Origin: an uncultured Candidatus Rokubacteria bacterium
Lineage (GTDB): Bacteria > Methylomirabilota > Methylomirabilia > Rokubacteriales > DASRDR01
Length of the DNA stretch: 64,000 bases
Reading direction: 5' to 3'
Assembly (NCBI GenBank): GCA_963826115.1
Contig: CAWGVS010000012.1
Coordinates: forward strand, 512,001 to 576,000
Below are positions 1 to 8,010 of the stretch, piece by piece; position 1 is the stretch's first letter, and the number at the start of each line of letters is the position of its first letter. The position numbers and the translations under genes were made by a program. Below the pieces are notes generated by a model, which worked only from the letters and a program-made list of their open reading frames with translations, was not told where the DNA came from and made no database searches.

Positions 1-466
1 CCTGCGCGGCGCGCGCCTCCGCGAGGCGGACCAGGACCCGGCCCGCCTCCGGGTGCGCCGGGGCGCGCGCGAGGAAACGCCGCGCCTCGCGCTCGGCGTC
101 CGCCCACTGGCCCAGGCGGAACGTGGCGTCGAGGAGCGCGAGCTGCGCCGGGGAGGCGAGGAGCGAGTCCGGGAAGCGCTCGAGAAACGCCCGCAGGCGC
201 CCGCCCGCCGCCGCGTCGTCACCCTCGCGCAAGACCGCCTCGGCGGCGAAGTACGCCGCGTGGTCTTGGAGGAGGAAGCCGGGGCCGAGCTCGTCGAACG
301 CCGCGCGCGCCCGCGCGTACTCCCCGCCCGCCAGCGCCGTGTGCGCCTCGCGATAGCGCTGGAGCGGGCTCGGTGAGACGATCACGGTCGCCCCGGCCGG
401 AACCGCGACCGCGGCCAGGAGGGCGGCGAGGAAAACCACGGCGAGCGCAGACCGGCCGCTCGACAT
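1..466 (-). CDS. Exported TPR-repeat protein, N-terminal part (possibly a lytic transglycosylase); runs off the window edge
   Basis: Manual translation from ATG at 466: MSSGRSALAVVFLAALLAAVAVPAGA (signal peptide), then TPR-like helices (GEYARARAAF, AAYFAAEA, FLERFPDS). Not in the ORF track because there is no stop in the window. Confidence 0.6.
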   Translation of the reverse strand, partial: MSSGRSALAVVFLAALLAAVAVPAGATVIVSPSPLQRYREAHTALAGGEYARARAAFDELGPGFLLQDHAAYFAAEAVLREGDDAAAGGRLRAFLERFPDSLLASPAQLALLDATFRLGQWADAEREARRFLARAPAHPEAGRVLVRLAEARAAQ

Positions 467-506
467 CGACGTCAGTGTATCAGGGGGGGCCGGCCAGACG
501 TGCCGA

Positions 507-1091
507 TCAGCGCAGGATGCCGCGGGTCGCCCGCCAGGTGTGGGCGATCCGGTGGACCGCCGTCACGTTCGCGCCCAGGGCGACCACCCAGATCGCCGGG
601 ACCAGGAGGTCGAGGAGCGCTCCGAGGATGAGGACCAGCATCCGCTCCCCGCGCTCCATGACCCCGACCTTGCACTCGACGTCGACGGACTCCGCCCGCG
701 CCCGCGTGTAGCTCACCATGACCGTGCCGATCAGGGCCAGGAGCGCCGCGGCCACCACCTCCAGCCGGCCCAGCCGGGCGAAGAGGAACACGATCCCGGC
801 GAGAACCATGAGATCCGAGTACCGGTCGAGCACCGAGTCGAGGAACGCCCCGAACGGGGAGGCCTGCCCCGTGACCCGGGCGAGGGCCCCGTCGAGGATG
901 TCGAGCGCGCCGGCGACCACGAGGCACAGCGCCGCTACCCGCCGCTGGTCTGCGGCAAAGGCGGCGGCCGCCAGTGCCGAACCGACCAGGCCCAGGCACG
1001 AGAGCTGGTTCGGCCGGAGGCGGAGCCCGACCATGGCGCGGGCCACGGGCTCCGCGACGCGGGCGACGTCGGACCTATACCGTCCCAGCAC
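507..1091 (-). CDS. CDP-alcohol phosphatidyltransferase family protein
   Basis: Signature DILDGALAR..G....FGAFLDSVLDRYSD; hydrophobic helices. Confidence 0.9.
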   Translation of the reverse strand: MLGRYRSDVARVAEPVARAMVGLRLRPNQLSCLGLVGSALAAAAFAADQRRVAALCLVVAGALDILDGALARVTGQASPFGAFLDSVLDRYSDLMVLAGIVFLFARLGRLEVVAAALLALIGTVMVSYTRARAESVDVECKVGVMERGERMLVLILGALLDLLVPAIWVVALGANVTAVHRIAHTWRATRGILR

Positions 1092-3804
1092 TGGGAGCAG
1101 CCTCCTCGGCGAGCGCCCGGGCGATGGCCTCCCGAACGCGGGCCTGCGCGGCGGGGTCCTCGACCTTGCGGCCCGCCCGATCGGTCACGTAGAAGGCGTC
1201 GAGCGCGTGATCCAGGTCGGTGGCGATCTTCGCGGTGGCGATGTCGAGCCCCTCGGCGGCCAGGGCGCGCGTCACGAGATAGAGGAGGCCGAGCCGGTCC
1301 GGCGCCTTCACCTCCACCACCGTGTGGGTGTCGGACAGCGTGTTGTCGACGGTCACCCGCGCCGGCCCGGGCGTCGAGGGTCGGACCAGGCCGGGCCGCC
1401 GCGGCCGGCGGTCAGCGAGGAGCGCCTCCACCGAGCACTCGCCGGCGAGGGCGCGCCGGAGGTCCCGCGTGACGGCCTCCCACCGGCTCTCGTCGAGGAT
1501 CGCGTCGCCGCCCGGGTCGTTGACGTGGAACGTGTCGAGCGCCACGCCGTCCCCCCGCGTCTCGATCTGCGCGGAGAGGATGTTGACGCCGTTCGCGGCC
1601 AAGGTACCGGCGATGAGCGCGAAGAGCCCGGCGGTGTCGCGCGTGACGACGACGAAGTCGGAGGCGCCGAGGTCGGGGAAGTGGAAGACCTCGGTCACCG
1701 CCGCCTCTTCCCGCATCCGGTCGATCAGCCGGAGGTGGGCGGCCATGCGCTGGGGCGACGTCGTGCGGACGTAGCGGTCCGACATCGCCTGGAGGTGCCG
1801 CTCCGCGGCCTCCCGGTACGCGGGGTCCGCGAGCGCCTGGACGATTCGCTGGGCCAGGGCCGCGCGGCGCGGCGCCTTCGGGGCCCGCCCCGTGAGATGC
1901 GTGCGGGTGCGGACGTAGAGGGCGCGGAGGAGCGCGCCCCGCCACGCGTTCCAGACGCCGGGCGCCACCGCGCGGATGTCGGCGCAGGTGAGGAGGTAGA
2001 GCATGGTGAGCCACGCCGGGAATCGCGCCAGCGTCGCCAGGCGGGCCGCGGTCTTCGGGTCGTCGATGTCCCGGCGCTCGGCCACGTGTGAGAAGACGAG
2101 GTGGTGCTCGACCAGGAACTCGACGGCTGCGGCGTCGTCGGCGTCGAGGTTCAGGCGCCGCGTCACCGCCTTGATGAGCGGCACGCCCTTCGCCGCGTGC
2201 CCGTGGCCGAGCGCCTTGCCGATGTCGTGAAGGAGGATGCCGAGCATGAGGAGCTCCGGCCGCTCGACCTCGGCGACGATCTGCGCCAGCTCGTCGGTCT
2301 CCGGAGCCTGGCCCGGGCCGAGCCCCTCCAGCACCTCCACCGCGAGCAGCGAGTGCTGGTCGACGGAGAACCGGTGGTAGTGGTCGTACTGCACGAGGCA
2401 GTCGAGCGCGCCGAACTCCGGCAGGTAGGCGCCGAGCACGCCGGTGTCGTGCATCCGCCGGAGCGTGGTCGCGACCCGGCCCCACGAGCGCAGGATCGAC
2501 AGGAACACGGCCTTGAGCGCGGGCGCGGCGCGCCAGGCCTGGTCCGTCAGGATCGGCGCCGCCTCCTCGAGCGCCCGCTCGAGCTCGACGTCGAGCTCGC
2601 ACCCGAGCTGCTGCGCGTGCCAGAAGACGCGCAGGATGCGCACGGGATCCGCCTGGAGGGCGCCGGGCTCCGCCAGGTGGAGCCGGCCGTCGTAGACCAC
2701 GAGCCCGTCGGCAAGCGCGGCCCGGCGGCCGCGCCGCCCGACCGTGCCGTGGCGCGCGAGGCCCTCCTGGCAGCGCGCGATCAGGCGCGCCGAGATCCGG
2801 TGGATCGTGCGCGCGTGCCGGTAGTAGTCGCGCATGAACGTCTCGACGCCGAGGCGCACCTCGTCGTCCTGATAGCCGAGGCTCTTCGCGACCGACCCCT
2901 GGAGGCCCCGCTCGAGGACGTCCTGCTTCGTGCCCGCCAGGAAGTGGAGCTCGTTCCGGACCCGCCACAGGAAGGTGAGCGCGGCGTCCGTCGCGGCGCG
3001 CTCCTTCGCCGTCAGGTGCCCCTTGTCCTCGAGCTCCCGGAGCGTCCGCGCGCCGAACCGCGCCGAGGCGAGCCAGAGCGCCGTGTGGACGTCGCGGAGC
3101 CCCCCGGCGGACTCCTTGACGTTCGGCTCCTGGAGGTAGATCGCGCCGCCGTGCCGGCGGTACCGCTCGTCCCGCTCGGCGAGCATCTGGGCGAGGAACT
3201 CCGGGTAGTCCCGGCGGTAGACCTCGCGGCGGAGCGTCTGCTGGAGCGCGCGGAACAGGCGCTGGTCCCCGGCGAGCACCCGGGCGGCCTGCATCGACGT
3301 GCGGCTCGGCAAATCCGTACGCGCGAGCGCCAGGCACTCATCGAGCGAGCGGCAGGCGTGGCCCACGCGGAGCCCGAGGTCCCAGAGCGTGTAGAGGATC
3401 TCCTGGGCCATCCGCTGGACGTAGGGGGTGACCTCGCCTCCGTGGATGAGCATGAGGTCCAGGTCCGAGGACGGGTGAAGCTCGCCCCGCCCGTAGCCGC
3501 CGAGCGCGGCCAGGACCAGCCGGGAGGGGGCGTGGCCCGCCGCCCGGACCTCCGCGTCGGCGGTCTGGTAGAGGCCGCGGAGGAGGTCGTCCATGAACGC
3601 GGCGTGGGAGCGGACGCTCTCCGCGCCGGAGGCGCCGTCGGCGTGGCGGGTCTTGAGGCGGTCGTACGCCTGGGTGACATGCTCGCGGAGGACATCCAGG
3701 CGCGCGCGGCGGCGGCGCTCGGGCCACTCCGCCTCGGGGCCCGCGAAGTCCTCTCGCACCGTCGCTTCCGCGCGACGGAGGCGCCCCGCCAGCGTCTCAG
3801 TCAT
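1075..3804 (-). CDS. glnD: [Protein-PII] uridylyltransferase / uridylyl-removing enzyme
   Basis: ALGGYGRGELHPSSDLDL nucleotidyltransferase motif, NVKESAGGLRD, HD domain (LLHDIGK), two C-terminal ACT domains; start taken at MTETLAG. Confidence 0.95.
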   Translation of the reverse strand: MTETLAGRLRRAEATVREDFAGPEAEWPERRRRARLDVLREHVTQAYDRLKTRHADGASGAESVRSHAAFMDDLLRGLYQTADAEVRAAGHAPSRLVLAALGGYGRGELHPSSDLDLMLIHGGEVTPYVQRMAQEILYTLWDLGLRVGHACRSLDECLALARTDLPSRTSMQAARVLAGDQRLFRALQQTLRREVYRRDYPEFLAQMLAERDERYRRHGGAIYLQEPNVKESAGGLRDVHTALWLASARFGARTLRELEDKGHLTAKERAATDAALTFLWRVRNELHFLAGTKQDVLERGLQGSVAKSLGYQDDEVRLGVETFMRDYYRHARTIHRISARLIARCQEGLARHGTVGRRGRRAALADGLVVYDGRLHLAEPGALQADPVRILRVFWHAQQLGCELDVELERALEEAAPILTDQAWRAAPALKAVFLSILRSWGRVATTLRRMHDTGVLGAYLPEFGALDCLVQYDHYHRFSVDQHSLLAVEVLEGLGPGQAPETDELAQIVAEVERPELLMLGILLHDIGKALGHGHAAKGVPLIKAVTRRLNLDADDAAAVEFLVEHHLVFSHVAERRDIDDPKTAARLATLARFPAWLTMLYLLTCADIRAVAPGVWNAWRGALLRALYVRTRTHLTGRAPKAPRRAALAQRIVQALADPAYREAAERHLQAMSDRYVRTTSPQRMAAHLRLIDRMREEAAVTEVFHFPDLGASDFVVVTRDTAGLFALIAGTLAANGVNILSAQIETRGDGVALDTFHVNDPGGDAILDESRWEAVTRDLRRALAGECSVEALLADRRPRRPGLVRPSTPGPARVTVDNTLSDTHTVVEVKAPDRLGLLYLVTRALAAEGLDIATAKIATDLDHALDAFYVTDRAGRKVEDPAAQARVREAIARALAEEAAPSAGTV

Positions 3805-3814
3805 CGCGGACTCG

Positions 3815-3843
3815 ACGCTAGCATGGGGGGTAGGGGGTGTCAA
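3815..3843 (-). promoter_or_regulatory. Sigma70-type promoter for glnD
   Basis: TTGACA-17 bp-TAGCGT (TG extended -10) ending 10 nt before the ATG. Confidence 0.6.
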
Positions 3844-3871
3844 ACCCGCGCCACCATTGACGCCCTGGCGA

Positions 3872-3901
3872 TTGACAGGGTCGCGCCTGGGCTCGTATGA
3901 T
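3872..3901 (+). promoter_or_regulatory. Sigma70-type promoter for the ABC substrate-binding gene
   Basis: TTGACA-18 bp-TATGAT. Confidence 0.65.
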
Positions 3902-3985
3902 CCCCCCACGCTCGGAGGTCCGGCCGGTTCAGCGCCGGCACCCCGGGCCCCGACCCGCCACGCACCCGCGAGAGGAGAGCGCGCC

Positions 3986-4969
3986 ATGGGCACGTCGCGA
4001 CGCCAGTTCTTCCAGGTCACCGCCGGAGGTCTCGTCGCCGTCAGCGGGATCGCGGGGCGCGTCCGCCCCGTCGCGGCGCAAGGTCCCACCGTGAAGATCG
4101 GCACCGCCGTCCTCGGGGACTTCTCGATGGTCGCGCCGATCCTCGTGGCGCAGGAGAAGGGCCTCTTCCGGGGGCAAGGCGTCACCGCCGAGTTCCAGCC
4201 GTTCCGCGGCGGGCCGGACCTCGTCAAGGCCGTGGTCGCCGGGCAGATCCAGATCGGGGTCACCGGGGCGACCGACGTCCCGGTGTTCCGGGCCACCGGC
4301 GTGCCGATCCGGTTCATCGCCTCGCAGGTGGACGGGAACCACTTCACCCTCAACGTCGCCCAGTCGGTCACCAAGCTCGCGGACCTCAAGGGCAAGTCGA
4401 TCGGCGTGACGCGCGTCGGCGCGGCCACCTGGGTCTTCGCCGTGATGCTCGCGAAACAGCAGGGCTGGGACCCCGAGAAGGACGTGACCGTCGTCGGACT
4501 GGGCGGTCTCGACGCCCAGCTGGCCGCGCTCGCCCGCGGGGAGATCGCGGCGTTCATCTGGGGAGACGGCGGCGCCGTGACGGAGCTCCAGGGCAAGTCG
4601 AAGGTCCTGCTCCGGCTCGACACCGTCACGCCGAAGTGGATCAGCCAGGGGTACTACGCGACCGACGAGGCCATCAAGGGCAACAAGGACGCGCTGCAGA
4701 AGGCGTTGAAGGCGCTCTTCCAGGGGGTGCACTTCATCCGCGAGAGCCCGGGCGAGGCCGCGGCCATCGCGAGCAAGACGCTCCAGTGGCCGGAGGCTGC
4801 GATCGCGCAGGCCCAGAAGATCTCCGGGCCGCTCCTCTCCCGGGACGGGGTCCTCAGTGTCGAGGCCCTCGAGGCGATGCAGACGACGCTCCTCGAGTAC
4901 AAGCTCCAGGAGAAGCGCGTCCCGACCGCCGACCTCTACACGACGGAGTTCACGCCCGTCCGGCTGTAG
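3986..4969 (+). CDS. ABC transporter substrate-binding protein, NMT1/SsuA/TauA-like, Tat signal
   Basis: MGTSRRQFF twin-arginine signal; AQEKGLF..QG, DLKGKSIGVT motifs; AGAGGAG RBS. Confidence 0.88.
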   Translation: MGTSRRQFFQVTAGGLVAVSGIAGRVRPVAAQGPTVKIGTAVLGDFSMVAPILVAQEKGLFRGQGVTAEFQPFRGGPDLVKAVVAGQIQIGVTGATDVPVFRATGVPIRFIASQVDGNHFTLNVAQSVTKLADLKGKSIGVTRVGAATWVFAVMLAKQQGWDPEKDVTVVGLGGLDAQLAALARGEIAAFIWGDGGAVTELQGKSKVLLRLDTVTPKWISQGYYATDEAIKGNKDALQKALKALFQGVHFIRESPGEAAAIASKTLQWPEAAIAQAQKISGPLLSRDGVLSVEALEAMQTTLLEYKLQEKRVPTADLYTTEFTPVRL

Positions 4970-4983
4970 CGACTCGCGGGTCC

Positions 4984-5616
4984 ATGGCCTCGCCACCTCC
5001 GGGATCTCCGAGAAGCCTGGTCGACGCGCTCGCGCGCAGTCAGGCCGCCAGCGTCAAGGCGTGCGAGGCGTTCGTGAACCAGGCGCTCGGCGACGCCCTC
5101 CGGCAGAGGCGCCTGGGCCCCGTGCGGCTCGAAACGGCCATCTTCACGCGCGTCGGCGCGGGGCTCGTGGTCAACGGCGCGATTCCGCTCAAGGCCACGG
5201 TCACCAAGGGTCACCTCCGGAAGCGCCCGCACGCGGTCGGGGTGCTCGTGAACACACTGCCCTTCCGAGACCCGATCACCGCGACCGCCCTGGGCCCCGG
5301 AGCGGCCCTGATCGAGCTCCGACCGGTCCCCGACGGCGAGTTCGCGTTCGACTTCGTGGGAGGCGACGGCCGGACCCGATTCTCGACGCGGGCGTCGCTC
5401 AAGGATCGCGGCGCATTCGAGTCCCTGCCCCCGGATCGGACGGTCGCGGCCGCCGGATTCTCGCTGATCGACATCGACATCACCGGCGGCAGCGGTCGGG
5501 ACGATCCGTTCCCGCCCGGGACCTTCTGGGTCTGCGTGTCGTTTCTCGGCTGGCGGTACTGCGGGTTCATCGACACCGGCCCCACGGTCCCCCAGGGCCC
5601 GATCATCATCGTCTGA
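4984..5616 (+). CDS. Hypothetical protein (210 aa)
   Basis: Genome-typical codon usage, starts 14 nt after the upstream stop; no family recognised. Confidence 0.7.
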   Translation: MASPPPGSPRSLVDALARSQAASVKACEAFVNQALGDALRQRRLGPVRLETAIFTRVGAGLVVNGAIPLKATVTKGHLRKRPHAVGVLVNTLPFRDPITATALGPGAALIELRPVPDGEFAFDFVGGDGRTRFSTRASLKDRGAFESLPPDRTVAAAGFSLIDIDITGGSGRDDPFPPGTFWVCVSFLGWRYCGFIDTGPTVPQGPIIIV

Positions 5617-5678
5617 CCGGCCGGCGGGTCCGGCCTCGACCGCCCGGTCCCGCGCCGGCGCCTGGCCGACCGGGTCCG

Positions 5679-6422
5679 CTACCGCCAGTGGCCGAGGCGG
5701 CGGTTCAGCCGCTCGAGCCCGAGCACCACGCTGACCGAGAGGACCGACACCAGCGCCGTCGCGGCGAACAGCTCAGGCGCGCGGAACGCGTTCGCGAGGC
5801 TCACCAGCAGGAAACCCATGCCCCGGATCCCGCCGAACATCTCGACCACCAGCACGCCGAGGAGGCAGAAGACGATCCCGAGCCTCATCCCGGCGAGGAC
5901 CGCCGGCAGGACGGCCGGGAGGATGACCTTCCGGTAGAGCTGCCACGAGGTCGCCCCCATCGAGCGGGCCACCCGGAGCGGCATCCGGTCGATGTCCCGC
6001 ACGCCGCCGGCAACCAGGAGGCAGATGGGAAAGAAGCCCTGGAGGACGCCGTAGACGACCGCCGGCGTCGCGGCGAGCCCGAAGGCGAGCAGGATCCAGG
6101 GCAGGACCAGGATCTTCGGCAGTGCGTAGAGCGCGACGACGAACGGATTGAGGACGTCGTGCAGATGGCGGACGCCGCCGATGAGCAGGCCCGCGCCGAC
6201 CCCCAGCGCCGTCGCGAGCACGAAGGCGATGAGGGTCTTGCCGAGCGTCTCCCCCACGAGTCCGCCCACCTGCGGCGCGACGGTCCGGAGCGCGCGCGCC
6301 ACCGCCGACGGCGCCGGCACGAAGAGCGGATCGACCCAGCCCAGTCGGGCGACGGCTTCCCACGCCGCGGCCAGCGCGGCGATCGAGAGGGCCTGGAGCA
6401 GTCGGCGACGGGCCGGGCTCAC
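5679..6422 (-). CDS. ABC transporter permease (SsuC/TauC-like)
   Basis: Hydrophobic; EAA-like loop VARSMGATSWQLYRKVILPA; GTGA overlap with the upstream gene. Confidence 0.9.
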   Translation of the reverse strand: MSPARRRLLQALSIAALAAAWEAVARLGWVDPLFVPAPSAVARALRTVAPQVGGLVGETLGKTLIAFVLATALGVGAGLLIGGVRHLHDVLNPFVVALYALPKILVLPWILLAFGLAATPAVVYGVLQGFFPICLLVAGGVRDIDRMPLRVARSMGATSWQLYRKVILPAVLPAVLAGMRLGIVFCLLGVLVVEMFGGIRGMGFLLVSLANAFRAPELFAATALVSVLSVSVVLGLERLNRRLGHWR

Positions 6423-7177
6423 GGCGCGCCTTCCGTCCACCGTCGCGCCCGGGTCTCCGTCCAGGCCGCGGCGCCGTCCACGATCACGACGAGCAGGAGC
6501 GCGAGGAGCGCGAGCGCCGCGTAGTCGGCCGTTCGAAAGCGGCCGTACGCATCGTTGATCAGGTACCCGAGACCCCGGCGCGCGCCGAGGATCTCGCCCA
6601 CCAGCACGCCGACGACCGTCAGCGCGAGACCCGCCCGGAGCCCGGCCACGAGCGTGGCCGTGATCCCCGGCAAGATCACCTTGACGAAGCACGCTCCCGG
6701 TCCCGCGCCGAAGGCTTGCGCCACCGCCAGGAGGTGCGGGTCGACGGAGCGGATCCCCGCCAGCACGGCCAGCACGATCGGGAAGAAGCCGAGCAGCACG
6801 CCGAACGCGATCTTCGAGGCGGGACCCAGGCCGAAGAAGAGCATGAGCGACGGGTACCACACGACGCTCGGGATCGCGTAGAGGGCGGCGAGGATCGGCT
6901 CGTAGACCTCGCCCACGTGGCGCGACAGCCCGAGCGCGAAGCCGAGCGTGAGGCCGAGCCCGACGGCGAGGAGGTAGGCGACGAGCACCTCGAAGGCCGT
7001 CAGGCCGAAGTGCGCGAGGAGCGTCGGGTACGCCTCCAGCCGGAGGACCCGCACGAACGCGGGCCAGACGCGCGACGGCGGCACGTACAGCAGCGGGTTG
7101 CCGCGCGACGCCCACAGCTCCCACGCGGCGAGGAGTCCCGCCAGGACCGCGAGGCGCGCAAGGACGATCCGCGTCAC
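6419..7177 (-). CDS. ABC transporter permease (SsuC/TauC-like)
   Basis: VAQAFGAGPGACFVKVILP, GEILGARRGLGYLI. Confidence 0.9.
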   Translation of the reverse strand: MTRIVLARLAVLAGLLAAWELWASRGNPLLYVPPSRVWPAFVRVLRLEAYPTLLAHFGLTAFEVLVAYLLAVGLGLTLGFALGLSRHVGEVYEPILAALYAIPSVVWYPSLMLFFGLGPASKIAFGVLLGFFPIVLAVLAGIRSVDPHLLAVAQAFGAGPGACFVKVILPGITATLVAGLRAGLALTVVGVLVGEILGARRGLGYLINDAYGRFRTADYAALALLALLLVVIVDGAAAWTETRARRWTEGAP

Positions 7178-7956
7178 GTCCCACCGTCCAGCGCGCGGCG
7201 CGACTCGTCGCGGATCGCGTCCCAGAGCGCGCGGCGAAGGGACGCCGCCGGCGCCGCGTCGAGGTCGCGGGGCGCCGGCAGGTCGACCGCGAAGCTCGCC
7301 TTGATACGGCCGGGCCGCGCGGTCATGACGACGATGCGCTGCGAGAGGAGGATCGCTTCCTGGAGGCTGTGGGTGACGAAGACCACGGTCTTGCGCGTCC
7401 GCGCCCAGATGCCGAGGAGCCACTCGCCCATGAGAAGCCGGGTCTGCTCGTCGAGCGCCCCGAACGGCTCGTCCATCAGGAGGATGGGCGCGTCGAGGGC
7501 GAGCGCCCGCGCGATGGCGACGCGCTGCTTCATCCCGCCCGACAGCTCGCGCGGATACCGCGCCTCGAACCCCCGGAGCCCGACGGGATCGAGGAGGGCC
7601 CGGGCGCGCTCCCGGCGCGCCTCCGCGGGCACCCCCTGGAGCTCGAGCCCGAACTCGACGTTCTCCAGCGCCGTCCGCCACGGGAAGAGTCCCGGATCCT
7701 GGAAGACCATCGCCGTCTGGCGCGGGTCCGGCCCGGCGACCGGGCGTCCCCCGATCTGCACGTCGCCGGTGTCGGGACGGGTCAGCCCGCCGATGATGGA
7801 GAGGAGGGTCGACTTGCCGCACCCCGACGGCCCCAGCACCGTCAGGAACTCCTGGGGCGCGACGTCGAGCGAGATGGCGTCCAGCGCGGGGACGGGCTGG
7901 TCCCGCGTGAGCCATTGCTTGGCGACGCGGCGCACCTCGATGTGGGCGGCGGCCAC
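7174..7956 (-). CDS. ABC transporter ATP-binding protein (SsuB/TauB-like)
   Basis: GPSGCGKS, LSGGMKQR, LLMDEPF. GTG at 7956 preferred because the ATG at 7965 overlaps a TAGGAT -10 box. Confidence 0.92.
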   Translation of the reverse strand: MAAAHIEVRRVAKQWLTRDQPVPALDAISLDVAPQEFLTVLGPSGCGKSTLLSIIGGLTRPDTGDVQIGGRPVAGPDPRQTAMVFQDPGLFPWRTALENVEFGLELQGVPAEARRERARALLDPVGLRGFEARYPRELSGGMKQRVAIARALALDAPILLMDEPFGALDEQTRLLMGEWLLGIWARTRKTVVFVTHSLQEAILLSQRIVVMTARPGRIKASFAVDLPAPRDLDAAPAASLRRALWDAIRDESRRALDGGT

Positions 7957-8010
7957 GGCCCGCATCCTACCGTGGCCGGCCCGTCGGCCGCGAGGCCCGC
8001 GCGCCCGCGC

